A DNA stretch of 63,998 bases, filler included, from an uncultured bacterium (GTDB lineage Bacteria; DAOPZR01), in the NCBI GenBank assembly GCA_964637655.1. It is 15 parts of 15 records of this genome, joined end to end, with 100 filler letters (N's around TTAATTAATTAA, not from the genome) between each part and the next. Parts side by side here need not be neighbours in the genome. Positions count along the whole stretch, not along the records: positions 9,160 to 13,577 come from CAZWUZ010000300.1; positions 13,678 to 18,067 come from CAZWUZ010000301.1; positions 18,168 to 22,526 come from CAZWUZ010000302.1; 12 more parts are not named here. The stretch is one strand, 5' to 3'. Under the pieces are notes generated by a model. The model was not told the DNA's origin and made no database searches. It saw nothing but the letters and a program-made list of their open reading frames with translations. Numbering within the stretch: the stretch's first letter is position 1; each line of letters opens with the position of its first letter. Shown piece after piece: positions 11,090 to 21,774 of this stretch. The translations under genes and the position numbers were made by a program.

Positions 11090-13577
11090 ATGCTGCTGAA
11101 ACATTACCAGAGCGAGGCGCTCGACTGGCTGGAAAAGTTTTTCAAGCGCTGCGCGGAGCACAAGGACCCGCGCCCGGCCTACGCGGAGACGACCACGGAA
11201 TGGCGCGGCGTGTCGCTGCGCTATCATCCGCTGCCGACCATGCCCGACGTGCCGTATGTCTGCCTGCGCATCCCGACAGGCGGCGGTAAAACGCTGATCG
11301 GCGGCATGGCTATCGAGCGCGCCAATCGCGCCCTGCGCTATGCGGAGCACAGCGTGACGCTCTGGCTGGTGCCGTCAGAAGCAATCCGTGAGCAGACGCT
11401 CAGAGCGATGCGCGGCACGGACCACATCCTGCACCAGGCAATGACCTCGGCGCTGGGCGAAGTGCGGGTGCTTGATATTGACGAGGCGTTGCGCGTCAAG
11501 CCAAATACGCTGGCCGGCGCCAATGTCGTCATTGTGGCAACGATGCAGGCCTTCAAGCGGGCGGAAAAGGACACCCTCAACGTCTACAAGCAGAACAGCG
11601 AAATGATGCCGCATTTTGCCGGGCTCGACCGCAATGCAGTCGGTGACCATTCGCTGGTTGACGTGCTGCGGCTGCATCGCCCGCTGCTCGTCGTAGATGA
11701 GGCGCACAATCAGGGAACCGATATCGCCTTCGATACGCTGGTGCGCTTCGCCCCCTGTGCTGTGCTTGAACTGACCGCCACCCCCGACCGCACCAGGCAG
11801 CCGAGTAATGTGCTCTTCAGCGTCGGCGCCTCCACGCTGCAGGCGGCGGATATGATCAAGATGCCGCTGACCTTAGTGCGGCGCGGCAACTGGCTGGAGG
11901 TGCTGCGTGATGCTGTCGCCTGCCTGGATAAACTGCAGGCACTGGCGCAGGCGGAAACCACTGCCACCGGCGACTACCTCCGCCCTATCATGCTCCTGCA
12001 GGCGGAGCGCAGCGACAGCGGACACGAAACCATCATTCCGGAGACGGTCAAACGGGCGCTGATGGATGATTGCGGTGTGGCAGAGAGCGAAATCGCCATC
12101 GCCACCGGCAAGGTTGACGATCTCGGTGATGAGGATGTGCTGTCGGCCGATTCACGCAAGCGTTTCATCATTACCATCGACAAATTGCGCGAGGGCTGGG
12201 ATTGCCCCTTTGCCTATGTGCTCTGTTCGTTCCGCAACACCAGTTCAGGCACGGCAGCAGAACAGATACTTGGTCGCATCATGCGTATGCCCTATGCCCG
12301 GCGCAAACAATGCGACGAACTCAATGAGGCCTATGCCTTCATCACCTCGCCCAATATGCAGGCGGCAGTCGAAAGCATACGCGATGGGCTGGTGCGCAAC
12401 GGCTTCGAGCGACAGGATGCTCGCGACCTGATTCACGCGGTCGAAGAAGAAGCGACTGGCGACAATTTGTTTTCCATAGCCGAAGAAGTGACCTTCAGTG
12501 CGCCGGAAATCCCGGAAATGGCCGCGCTGCCGCCGGCGCTGCAGGGCAAAGTCGAAATCACCCCTGAAAACGGCACTATCACAATAAAGAAACGACTTAG
12601 CCACAAGGAGACGGAGACGCTTGCCGCGGTGTTCCAGACAGCGGAGGGGAAGAAGTGCATCGCCATAGCCACACAAAAGATGACGGAGAAGCCGGTGGTG
12701 TTCGCGAAAACACCAGCGGAAATCGGCGAAAAACTGATTGTCCCGGTGCTGGCGGTCAGGCAGGGCGACCTGTGGGAACCATTCGAAGAGACGCACATCC
12801 TGCAAGGCACCTGGCGACTGATTGATTATTCCAGCGAATTGACAGAAAGCGAGTTTACCAAGCCCGACCCGGGAGCGCAGGGCGGAAAATTCAGCATTGG
12901 CGACAAGGTGAAATTCGAATACCTTGATGATATCGGCTCCCAACTGGCACTGGCCGAGCATGCGGCGGAATGGGATCAGGTGCGGCTGGTCGACTGGCTG
13001 GTGCGCAATATCCCTGACGATTGCACCACCCCTGATGATAAAGCCGCATTTCTCAATCGCGCCGTGACCTGGCTACGAGAACATCGCCGATTATCGCTGG
13101 GTGAACTGAATTATGCCAAGGCGCGCCTGCGCGCGGCCCTGGAGGCGAAAATTGCCGCAGCCCGGCGTCAGGCGATGCAGCAGACGCATCAGCAACTGCT
13201 CGGCCAGCCCGAACTGTTCCGCGCCGACAGCAGCGATACCGTGGCCTTTGACAAGCGGTACTATGCCTACGATTACGTCTATGGCGGATTCACGACACTG
13301 CCGAAACACTTCTTCCAGAACATCGGCAATCTGCAAGGCAAAGGAGAAGAATTCGACTGCGCGCTCTTCATCGCCACGCAACTCCCCGGGGTGAAATACT
13401 GGCTGCGTAATGTCGAGCGCAAACCGACTTCTTTTTCGCTACAGACCGGCACCGACCGTTTCTATCCCGATTTTATCGTCCAGTTGGAAGATGGCCGGAT
13501 TCTGGTGTTCGAATACAAAAGCGCCTTGCGGGGGGAGACGCCGGACAGCGCAGAGACGCGGCGCCTCGGAGACCTAT
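11090..13577 (+). CDS. res: Type III restriction enzyme Res subunit, 3'-truncated
   Basis: IPTGGGKT, VVDEAHN, LTATP, LREGWD, EQILGRIMR; C-terminal YPDF...FEYK PD-(D/E)xK nuclease. Confidence 0.92.
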
Positions 13578-13677
13578 NNNNNNNNNNNNNNNNNNNNNNN
13601 NNNNNNNNNNNNNNNNNNNNNTTAATTAATTAANNNNNNNNNNNNNNNNNNNNNNNNNNNNNNNNNNNNNNNNNNNN

Positions 13678-13952
13678 GGCGCGCTCGCCTCCGTCGCGGT
13701 CGCGTCGGGATTGTGCAGCGGCGCGGCGGCCGACGGGGTAACCCGGCCCATCGTCACCTGCGGCGACGGGGTAAGCCCGACGATGACCAGTTCGAGCGGC
13801 GAGGGGGAACTGAGCGACGGGCGGTTGGCGAGCAGGCCGAGCAGCGCCAGCAGCAGCACGTGCAGCGCCAGCGCGTAGGCGAACGACAGCGTCATCGTCG
13901 GCGGTTCCGGCCGCGCGGCGCGGCGCGGCAGCACCGGCACGGCGCTGGTCAT
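13678..13952 (-). CDS. TonB/TolA-like energy transducer, N-terminal part
   Basis: TM helix ALALHVLL carrying the TonB His, then a Pro-rich segment; follows exbD. Confidence 0.6.
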
Positions 13953-14398
13953 CGCGCGCGCTCCGGCCCCGGCAGCGACGACACCTGCACCGGCGCGGTG
14001 GCAATGGCGAGGCGGGTCAGTCCCGCCTGCCGCGTGATATCCATCACCTCGACAACGCGCCCGTGATTGACGTTCTCGTCGGCGCGCACGATAACCACCT
14101 GGTCCGGCCCGCTCGCCGCAGCGAGCAGTTTATCACGCAGTTCCGCGGGCACCACCGGCGTGCGGTTGAGAAACAGCCCGCCCTCCTGCGTCAGCGTCAG
14201 CACGATGTCGCCGGTGTTCTCACGGTCGGGTGTCGCGGCGTTGGGGAGCGTCAGCTTGAGCCCCGGGGTCATGACAAAGGTGGTCGAGACCATGAAGAAG
14301 ATGATGAGCAGGAAGACGATGTCAAGCATCGGCGTCATGTCGATCTCCGCGTGGTCACGGTTCGTCCCCGTGAACGAGCGGCTGCGGAAGCGCATCAT
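13949..14398 (-). CDS. exbD: ExbD/TolR biopolymer transporter
   Basis: IDMTPMLDIVFLLIIFFMV, IVRAD, VVEVMD. Confidence 0.92.
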   Translation of the reverse strand: MMRFRSRSFTGTNRDHAEIDMTPMLDIVFLLIIFFMVSTTFVMTPGLKLTLPNAATPDRENTGDIVLTLTQEGGLFLNRTPVVPAELRDKLLAAASGPDQVVIVRADENVNHGRVVEVMDITRQAGLTRLAIATAPVQVSSLPGPERAR

Positions 14399-14408
14399 GG
14401 CCGGCCCC

Positions 14409-15053
14409 CTAACAGTTCCCGCGCCCGCGCGTGAGCAGCGCGACGAGTTCCATGCCGACGCGCTCCATCTCGTAGATCATCCGCTGCGCGCGCCCGAGGA
14501 AGTAGTGGTAGAAGATGACGGTGGGAATGGCGACCGACAGGCCGCCGGCGGTGGTGATCAGCGCGGTGGCGATGCCGCGCGCCACCCCCGGCGAGTCGCC
14601 CGCCAGTCCCTGCGTGGCGATGATGTTGAACGACTGGATCATGCCGAGCACCGTGCCGTACAGCCCGAGCAGCGTCGCCACCTTGGCGATCACCCCGAGC
14701 ACGATCAGGAAGCGCTCGACTTTCGGCGTCTCGATGAAGCCCGCCTCCTCGATGGCTTCCTCGATGCCGAGCCGGTCGCGGTCGCGCGCCTCGAGCGCGG
14801 CGAGCACGACCGCCGCCACCGGCGTATCGGCGGCGCGGCAGAAACCCACCGCCTCGTCGGGTTTCCCCGCGTCGAGCGCGCGGCGCACCCGCGTCATCAG
14901 TTCGCCCGGGTTGGTGCGGATCTTCGCGAACCAGAACAGCCGCTCGAAGATCACCGTCAGGGCGATGAGCGAGCAGAGCAGCAGCGGGTACATGACCCAC
15001 CCTCCCTGCGTGAAGACGTCCCAGCCTGACTGAAACATGCCTGTCGATTCCAT
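14409..15053 (-). CDS. exbB: MotA/TolQ/ExbB proton channel
   Basis: GGWVMYPL, LLGLYGTVLGMI, GIATALITTAGGL.VAIP. Confidence 0.92.
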   Translation of the reverse strand: MESTGMFQSGWDVFTQGGWVMYPLLLCSLIALTVIFERLFWFAKIRTNPGELMTRVRRALDAGKPDEAVGFCRAADTPVAAVVLAALEARDRDRLGIEEAIEEAGFIETPKVERFLIVLGVIAKVATLLGLYGTVLGMIQSFNIIATQGLAGDSPGVARGIATALITTAGGLSVAIPTVIFYHYFLGRAQRMIYEMERVGMELVALLTRGRGNC

Positions 15054-15068
15054 CGGTATCTTCTCCTC

Positions 15069-15485
15069 CTATTGGCTCAGCAAGAGCAGCATCAGGAAAT
15101 TGCGCAGCGTATTGCGCTCGGGGGCAACACGCAGCAGCAGTTTGCCCCCGCTCAGTTCGTCGTAGGGGAACGGGCGTACCGCCAGGTCGCGCCCTCCCCG
15201 CTCATGTTCCGCCAGCGGGCGCAGCAGCCGCGGGTCGACCGTGCGCAGCAGCCGCGTCGCCCCGTCCGGCAGGCTGACTTCATCCCAGTCCGTCAGCGTC
15301 TCGACACTGCTGTCGGTACCGACAATGTCGACCGAGTCGATACGCAGCAGCGCATCGTCCGTTCTGCCGCGCGAAGTTTCTGCAGCTTCTGCCATAACCG
15401 GTGCAACAACAATAAGTAGCGCCACCACAAAATGTGAAAATGTGAAAGAGTGGCACCATGCGTGCACCCATGCGGTTCGCGTCAT
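15069..15485 (-). CDS. Secreted hypothetical protein
   Basis: ATGA-coupled to the upstream TPR gene; hydrophobic signal-like segment ending AEA; start uncertain. Confidence 0.55.
   Translation of the reverse strand: MTRTAWVHAWCHSFTFSHFVVALLIVVAPVMAEAAETSRGRTDDALLRIDSVDIVGTDSSVETLTDWDEVSLPDGATRLLRTVDPRLLRPLAEHERGGRDLAVRPFPYDELSGGKLLLRVAPERNTLRNFLMLLLLSQ
15431..15457 (-). repeat. Dispersed 27-bp repeat, degenerate third copy
   Basis: AATGTGAAAATGTGAAAGAGTGGCACC; 24/27 identical to 58781-58807. Confidence 0.85.
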
Positions 15486-18067
15486 GGCAGCTGCTCCTGC
15501 AGGGTGCTCGCTTCGGCGGCGCGGTCACCGTCGGCGTAGTCGCGCAGCAGTTCGGCGACCTGCTTCTGGGCGCTGGCGCGGTCGTTGAGCCCGAGGTCGC
15601 AACGGGCCATGCCGAGCAGCGCGTCGTCGTGGTACTCGCGGTTGCTGTAGGTGAGCAGCACCTTGGCAAAGGTGAGTCGCGCCTCGCCGAAACGCTGCCG
15701 CGCGAGCAGGTTGTCGGCGATGGCGAGGTAGGCCTCGATGGCGAGCACGTCCTCGTTCAGGTCGGCCACCTGCTCCCACTGCGCGATGGCCTCGTCGTGG
15801 CGTCCGAGTTTCGCCAGCGCGCGCCCGAGCATGAACCGCGCTTCCGCGGCGTACGGCTGGCGCGCCCCGGCCCCCTGCAGGGCGCGGGTGAGGCGGTCGG
15901 CGCCCGGCTGCCACTGCTGCTGCGCGACGGCGGCCCGGCCGCGCATGAACTCGACGCTGCCGCCCGCGTCGAGACGCTGCACCGCCGCGGCGTCGAGTTT
16001 CTGCAGCCAGCGGTCGGCCTCGGCATAGTCGCGGCGCGCGAAATGCGTTACCCCGAGGCGGTACCAGACCGCGGCGGGATCGTCGGTGCCGCGGGTCAGC
16101 GCCTCCTGCAGCAGCGGCAGCGCCGCCCCGTACTGCTCCTGCGCCATGAGCACGGCGGCACGCAGCAGCGCCTGCTGCCCGCGCAGCGCGTCACCCGGCA
16201 GGCGCTGCGCCGCGTCGAGATGGCGCAGCGCGTCGGGATACTGCCGCGCGTGGAAGCAGGCCTGGGCGAGCGCGGTCAGCACCCGCGCGCGCAGTTCGTC
16301 GCTGCTGTCAAGCGCGAGCAGTTCGTCCAGCGTGCGCGCAGCCGCGGCATGCTCGCCCGCGCGGTCGAGCGCCACCCCGAGCAGGTAGCCCGCCTCGGCC
16401 CGGTACTTTCCCGCCGGGTAGCGCCGCGCATACTCCGCTGCCGCCTCGCGCAGGCCGGCAAGGTCGTCGAGACGGAACGAGGTGAGCACGATGAGGTAGC
16501 AGCGTTCCCCGTCGGCAGCGGCTCCCGCCACCCCCGCGGCGAGGCGCGCATGCTCACGCGCCTCCGCGAAAGCGCCGTTGCGGTACTCCTGCTGCGCGAG
16601 GTGGAGCATCGCCGCCGCGCGCGCCGCCGGGTCACCCGCCTGCTGTGCCGCGCGCTGCCAGAGCGCGACGCTGCGCGCGGGGTCGCCACTGCGCGCCTGC
16701 GCCTGCGCGAGGAGCGCGAGCACCTCGACCCCGGCCTCCCCCGTGGCGCGCGTGCTCAGCCACGCGTCCTGGCGCAGCAGGTCGGCATCGCGCTGCAGCG
16801 CGTAGAGCGCGCGCACGTAGACCGCCAGCCCGAGTTCGCTCCACTGCCCGTCATAGCCGTGCACGAGGCGGTCGCTGACCCCGGCCGCCTCCGCGTGATT
16901 GCCTTCGTCCGCCCAGCTCAGCGCGGTGAAATAGAGCGCCTGCGGCTTGAGCGCCGGCATGGTTGCCAGTTCGTCATCACCCGCGGCGAGCACCGGCTTG
17001 AGCGTCTCGCGCGCCGCGGGATACCGCTGCTGCCGGTAGAGCGCCATGGCCAGCCCGACGCGCGCGGAGAGCGCCTGCAGCGGGTCAGCCGCCGCCAGCG
17101 CCGCGGTGTAGCCGCGTTCCGCCAGGGCATAGTTTTTGTCCGCCAGCGCCGCCTCGCCGAGGAAGTAGCCCGCCTCGCCGCCGAGCGGCGACTGCGGATA
17201 ACTGTCGAGCACTTCCTGCAGCAGCAGTGCCGCCGCGGCCGGCTGCTGCGCCTGCAGCGCGAGCCGCCCGCGGTAATAGACAATGCGGTCACGCAGCGGG
17301 TGCTGCGGGTAGAGTTCCTGCAGGCGGGCGAAGCGGTCGCGCGCCGCGCCAAAATCGCCTGTCTCGAAGAAGCGCTGCGCCATGTTGAAGCGCGCCTGCT
17401 GCGCGAGCTGTTCGTTGCCGCTCTCGCCCACCCGCTCCCACTCCTGCATCGCGCGGTCGTAATCGCTCAGGCGCTCGCTCGCCTCACCGATGGCGTAGCG
17501 CGCATGCGGCGCGAGCGGGTCGTCCGGGTACTGCGCGGCGAGCGCGTCATAGGCGAGCACCGCCTCGCTGTAGCGGCGCAGGTTGAAATACGCGTCACCG
17601 CGCATGTACAGCGCCGCGGGCCGCTGCGGGGTCTGCTCCGCCGGCAGCGCGAGGTACTGTTCCGTGGCGGCCAGCACGCCGGCGAAATCGTCGCGACGGA
17701 AGCGCACATCGGCGAGCCAGAACCACGCCTCGGCCACCGCGTCCGCCGGGAGCAGCGTCGTCGCCGCGAGCAGCGCGGCATCCGCCTCGGCATAGCGCGT
17801 CAGCTTGTACTGGCACTTGCCGAGCAGCAGCCGCGCCCGGCCCGCCACCTCGCCCGCGGCGCCGCTCCCCAGCGCCGCGTGCAGCGCCTCGACCGCCTCG
17901 GCATAGCGGCGCAGGTTGTGCAGGCACTGTCCGCGCTTGGTCAGTGCCTGCGCGCGCAGCGACCCGCCCCCCGCCTGCGCCCGCGCGAGATCGTCGAGCG
18001 CTTCCGCGTACTCGCCCTGCGCCATGCGGATGATGCCATGCAGGTAGTGCGCCTCAGGGATGAAATC
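15482..18067 (-). CDS. Large TPR protein (BamD/CpoB-like repeats), 5'-truncated
   Basis: Repeated YP.SPL...A.Y.LG units; C-terminal DDALLGMARC...LLRDYAD resembling CpoB/YbgF. Confidence 0.85.
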   Translation of the reverse strand, partial: DFIPEAHYLHGIIRMAQGEYAEALDDLARAQAGGGSLRAQALTKRGQCLHNLRRYAEAVEALHAALGSGAAGEVAGRARLLLGKCQYKLTRYAEADAALLAATTLLPADAVAEAWFWLADVRFRRDDFAGVLAATEQYLALPAEQTPQRPAALYMRGDAYFNLRRYSEAVLAYDALAAQYPDDPLAPHARYAIGEASERLSDYDRAMQEWERVGESGNEQLAQQARFNMAQRFFETGDFGAARDRFARLQELYPQHPLRDRIVYYRGRLALQAQQPAAAALLLQEVLDSYPQSPLGGEAGYFLGEAALADKNYALAERGYTAALAAADPLQALSARVGLAMALYRQQRYPAARETLKPVLAAGDDELATMPALKPQALYFTALSWADEGNHAEAAGVSDRLVHGYDGQWSELGLAVYVRALYALQRDADLLRQDAWLSTRATGEAGVEVLALLAQAQARSGDPARSVALWQRAAQQAGDPAARAAAMLHLAQQEYRNGAFAEAREHARLAAGVAGAAADGERCYLIVLTSFRLDDLAGLREAAAEYARRYPAGKYRAEAGYLLGVALDRAGEHAAAARTLDELLALDSSDELRARVLTALAQACFHARQYPDALRHLDAAQRLPGDALRGQQALLRAAVLMAQEQYGAALPLLQEALTRGTDDPAAVWYRLGVTHFARRDYAEADRWLQKLDAAAVQRLDAGGSVEFMRGRAAVAQQQWQPGADRLTRALQGAGARQPYAAEARFMLGRALAKLGRHDEAIAQWEQVADLNEDVLAIEAYLAIADNLLARQRFGEARLTFAKVLLTYSNREYHDDALLGMARCDLGLNDRASAQKQVAELLRDYADGDRAAEASTLQEQLP

Positions 18068-18167
18068 NNNNNNNNNNNNNNNNNNNNNNNNNNNNNNNNN
18101 NNNNNNNNNNNTTAATTAATTAANNNNNNNNNNNNNNNNNNNNNNNNNNNNNNNNNNNNNNNNNNNN

Positions 18168-19400
18168 CTGGCGCTGGGTGCGAAGCAGGCGGCACGGGCG
18201 CTGGCGAAACTGACGCGACAGCAGAAGGACGCGTGCCTCGCGGCGCGGGCGGTCGGACTGCTGGCGCGGCAGGCGGAGATCATCGCGGCCAACGTGCAGG
18301 ACCTGGCGGCCGGGCGCGCCGCGGGCCTCTCCGCGGCGATGCTCGACCGGCTCACGCTCGATGCCAAACGCCTCACGGCGCTGGCGGGCGCGGTGCGCGA
18401 GGTCATCGCGCTCCCCGATCCGGTCGGCGAGGTGGTCGGCCGGCAGCTGCGCCCCAGCGGCATCGAAGTCGCGCGGCTGCGCGTCCCGCTCGGCGTCATC
18501 CTCATCATCTTCGAGTCGCGTCCCAATGTCACCGTCGACGCGGCAGTGCTTTGCTTCAAGGCGGGCAACGCCTGCATCCTGCGCGGCGGCAAGGAGGCAA
18601 TCCGCACCAACACGGTGCTCGGGCAGGTGATGCAGGAAGTGCTGCGCGCGCAGGGGCTCCCCGCGGCGGCCATCACGGTGGTCGAAACGACGGACCGCGA
18701 CGCGATGCGCGAACTGCTCGGGCTGACTGACTGCATCGACCTCGCCATCCCGCGCGGCGGCGAGAATCTCATCCGCTTCGTCTATGAGCACGCGCGTGTC
18801 CCCGTAGTGGCGCACCTCAAGGGGGTCTGCCACACCTACGTCGACGCGGCGGCCGACCTGAAAATGGCACAGGAGATCTGTTTCAACGCCAAGGTGCAGC
18901 GGCCCGGCGTGTGCAACGCGATGGAGACGCTGCTGGTGCACCGTGACGTGGCGGCGCAGTTCCTGCCGCCGATGTGCAAGCGGTTCGCGGAGGCGGGCGT
19001 GGAATTGCGCGGCTGTCCCGAGACGGTGCGGCTGGCGGGCGTGCCGGTCACGCCGGCCACGGATGACGACTGGCCGGCGGAATATATCGACCTCATTCTC
19101 GCGGTGAAGGTGGTCGGCTCGCTCGACGAGGCCATCGACCATATCGCGCGCTACGGCTCGCGGCACTCGGACGCCATCGTCACCGGCGACGCGGCAGCGG
19201 CGGAGCGCTTCCTGCGCGAGGTCGATTCGGCGGCGGTCTTCGTCAATGCCTCGACGCGGTTCAGCGACGGCGGTGAGTTCGGGCTGGGCGCGGAGATCGG
19301 CATCTCGACGCAGAAACTGCACAGCCGCGGCCCGATGGGTCTCACCGACCTGACCTCGCTCAAGTTCATTGTGCATGGCACCGGGCAGGTACGCGGGTGA
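18168..19400 (+). CDS. proA: Gamma-glutamyl phosphate reductase, 5'-truncated
   Basis: VPLGVILIIFESRPNVT, CNAMETLL, NASTRFSDGGEFGLGAEIGISTQKLHSRGPMG. Confidence 0.97.
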   Translation: MALGAKQAARALAKLTRQQKDACLAARAVGLLARQAEIIAANVQDLAAGRAAGLSAAMLDRLTLDAKRLTALAGAVREVIALPDPVGEVVGRQLRPSGIEVARLRVPLGVILIIFESRPNVTVDAAVLCFKAGNACILRGGKEAIRTNTVLGQVMQEVLRAQGLPAAAITVVETTDRDAMRELLGLTDCIDLAIPRGGENLIRFVYEHARVPVVAHLKGVCHTYVDAAADLKMAQEICFNAKVQRPGVCNAMETLLVHRDVAAQFLPPMCKRFAEAGVELRGCPETVRLAGVPVTPATDDDWPAEYIDLILAVKVVGSLDEAIDHIARYGSRHSDAIVTGDAAAAERFLREVDSAAVFVNASTRFSDGGEFGLGAEIGISTQKLHSRGPMGLTDLTSLKFIVHGTGQVRG

Positions 19401-19981
19401 GCGAGCGCATCGGACTGCTTGGCGGCACGTTCAACCCGCCGCACCTCGGACACCTGCTGCTCGGGGAGTGGGCGCGTGATGCCATGCGCCTCGACGCCGT
19501 CTGGTTCGTGCCCAACGCCGACCTGCCGCACCGCTACCCCAAGGAAACGCCCGTGCCGGCGCCGCAGCGTCTGGCCATGCTGCAGGCGGCGCTCGACGGC
19601 GTCGACGGACTGGCCCCCTGCGACCTCGAACTGCGGCGCGGCGGGCAGTCGTATACTGTCGAGACGCTGCGCGCGCTGGGCGAGCGCTTCCCGGAGACGG
19701 AATGGGTGTTCATTCTCGGCATGGACGCGGCGCGCGAACTGCCCGGCTGGGAGGCGTTCGACGAGCTCTGCACCCGCTGCACCTTTGCCGTGGCGCGGCG
19801 CCCGGGCGAGGCGGACGACCTCCCGGCGGCGGTGCGTCCGCATGCGCAGGTTATCGATTTCCCGCAGGTGGACATCTCCTCGACGCTGATCCGCGCGCGG
19901 GTGCGGGCGGGGCAGAGCATCAGGTTCCTCGTGCCGCCGGCCACGGCGGACTACATCGCGCGGCAGGGACTCTACCGGTGA
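19397..19981 (+). CDS. nadD: Nicotinate-nucleotide adenylyltransferase
   Basis: GGTFNPPHLGH, SYTVETL, ISSTLIR. Confidence 0.95.
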   Translation: MSERIGLLGGTFNPPHLGHLLLGEWARDAMRLDAVWFVPNADLPHRYPKETPVPAPQRLAMLQAALDGVDGLAPCDLELRRGGQSYTVETLRALGERFPETEWVFILGMDAARELPGWEAFDELCTRCTFAVARRPGEADDLPAAVRPHAQVIDFPQVDISSTLIRARVRAGQSIRFLVPPATADYIARQGLYR

Positions 19982-20511
19982 CGCCGCTGCAGGTCATCCG
20001 CGCGGCGGTGCGGGCACAGGTGTCGCCCGCGCGCTGGCGGCATAGCCGCGGCACGGCGCGGCTCGCGCGGCGTCTGGCGCGTCAGCACGGACTCTGCATC
20101 CGCCGCGCGGTGCGCGCCGCGTACCTGCACGATGCGCAGCGCGAGTGCGACGACGCGCAGCTGCGCACGCTTTCCTATGACGGCTGGCTGCAGGACGTCG
20201 CGGCGGCTTATGCCGGTATCGACGGCGCGGTCATGCATGCGCCCGCGGCAGCGTGGTGGGCGCAGCAGCAGGGTCTGTGTACCGACCCGGAAATTCTCTA
20301 CGCGGTGGCGTGGCACCCGACGGGCGCACCTGAGTGGACGCCGCTGCTGCAGCTGCTTTACGTGGCAGATTACGCGGAGCCCGGGCGCCGGCATGATGAC
20401 GCCGCCGCGGTGCGCGCATTGCTGCCGTCGCTGACACTGGCGCAGGCGGCGGCGCGGGTGGCAGAGGCGAAACGGGCATGGCTGCGCACCTGCAGCCGGG
20501 CGGTGGCCTGA
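19978..20511 (+). CDS. yqeK: YqeK-like HD-domain Ap4A hydrolase
   Basis: RWRHS...AYLHD...H...HPTG...LYVADYAEPGR; GTGA-coupled to nadD. Confidence 0.82.
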   Translation: MTPLQVIRAAVRAQVSPARWRHSRGTARLARRLARQHGLCIRRAVRAAYLHDAQRECDDAQLRTLSYDGWLQDVAAAYAGIDGAVMHAPAAAWWAQQQGLCTDPEILYAVAWHPTGAPEWTPLLQLLYVADYAEPGRRHDDAAAVRALLPSLTLAQAAARVAEAKRAWLRTCSRAVA

Positions 20512-21746
20512 TGACCGAACCCGTGCTCCCCCCTGACGGCACGCCGGCACCCCGGCAGTTCACGCGCCGGCAGGTGTACGGCCTGCTCATCGCGCTGGGG
20601 GCGGTGCTGCTGGTCAGCGGTACGGCGCTGCTCTTCGGTCAGGGCTGGCGTTTCTGGCGTGACGGGCCTGACGATCTTATCGCGGCGGGCAAACCGGTGA
20701 CGGTGCTGCTCAACGGCCTCGATGCGGACCGCGAACTGGCGGGGAGCATTGTGGCCGTCTACGAGGCGACCACCCCGCGCCTGCTGCTGCTCGGCATCCC
20801 GGCAAACACGCGCCTGACCGCGGAGGCGGGGAGCGAAATGCTGCTCTCGGCGGCGTACGCCGAGGGGGGGAACGGGCAGCGCCAGGCGCTGAGCGCGTTC
20901 CTCAAGACAGAGGTGCCCTTCCACGTCGATATCACCATGGAGGAGTTCTACCGCCTGATTGACCTGCTGCGCGGGGTCGAGGTGCGTCTCGACCGCGCGC
21001 TGGCGGCGACGGTGCGCGGCGAGGCAGTGACGGTGCCGCTCGAACGCTACCGCTTCACCAGCGACAAGGCACGCGAGATCATCGCCTATGCCGGGGCCGC
21101 CGCGCCGGGGGAACAGCAGGAACTGCTGCAGCGCCTGGCGCAGGGGTTTGTCGCGCAGGTCCGCCTGCAGCGCGCGCTGCTTGAACATCCCGATGCGTGG
21201 GGACTGATCAGCGACTGGCTGCGCGGCAACCTCACGCCGCAGGAGGCGCGCCTGCTGCTGCTGCAGGCCGCTGCCTGCCCGGCGGAGAACGTGCTTTGGC
21301 AGTCGCTGCCCGGGAGTACGGAGATCCGCGACGGCGCGGCGGTCTTCCTCCCGCAACCGCTCGACCTGGCGACGCTGGTACCGCCTCCCGCGCCGCCGGC
21401 AGCGGACGTGGTGGAACCGCCGGTTGAGGAGGGGCTGGCGGCCCCGCCCGCGCTGCCGCGGCTCAAGGTGGCGTTGCTCAACGGCTGCGGCATCAGCGGC
21501 ATCGCGCATGGCCTGCGTGACCTGCTCGGCACGCACGCGGATGTCGACGTGGTCGAGGTCGGCAATGCCGACAACTTCGCCTACCAGCGGACGAAGGTGA
21601 TCGCGCGCACCGGCGGTCTCGCCGCCGCGCAGCGGGTGCAGGGGTATCTCGGGTTCGGCGACGCCTCGGCGGCGCCTGACGCGCAGGCGCTGGTGGATGT
21701 GACGATCATTATCGGGCGCGATTACGCGGCCCGGGCGGGACGGTAG
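20511..21746 (+). CDS. LCP-family protein with LytR C-terminal domain
   Basis: TM helix; IPANT and LIDLLRGVEV (LCP, degenerate); VALLNGCGISGIA, VGNADNF, DVTIIIGRDY (LytR_C). Confidence 0.8.
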   Translation: MTEPVLPPDGTPAPRQFTRRQVYGLLIALGAVLLVSGTALLFGQGWRFWRDGPDDLIAAGKPVTVLLNGLDADRELAGSIVAVYEATTPRLLLLGIPANTRLTAEAGSEMLLSAAYAEGGNGQRQALSAFLKTEVPFHVDITMEEFYRLIDLLRGVEVRLDRALAATVRGEAVTVPLERYRFTSDKAREIIAYAGAAAPGEQQELLQRLAQGFVAQVRLQRALLEHPDAWGLISDWLRGNLTPQEARLLLLQAAACPAENVLWQSLPGSTEIRDGAAVFLPQPLDLATLVPPPAPPAADVVEPPVEEGLAAPPALPRLKVALLNGCGISGIAHGLRDLLGTHADVDVVEVGNADNFAYQRTKVIARTGGLAAAQRVQGYLGFGDASAAPDAQALVDVTIIIGRDYAARAGR

Positions 21747-21774
21747 GCGCGCCACGGCGCGCGGGAGGAAGACG

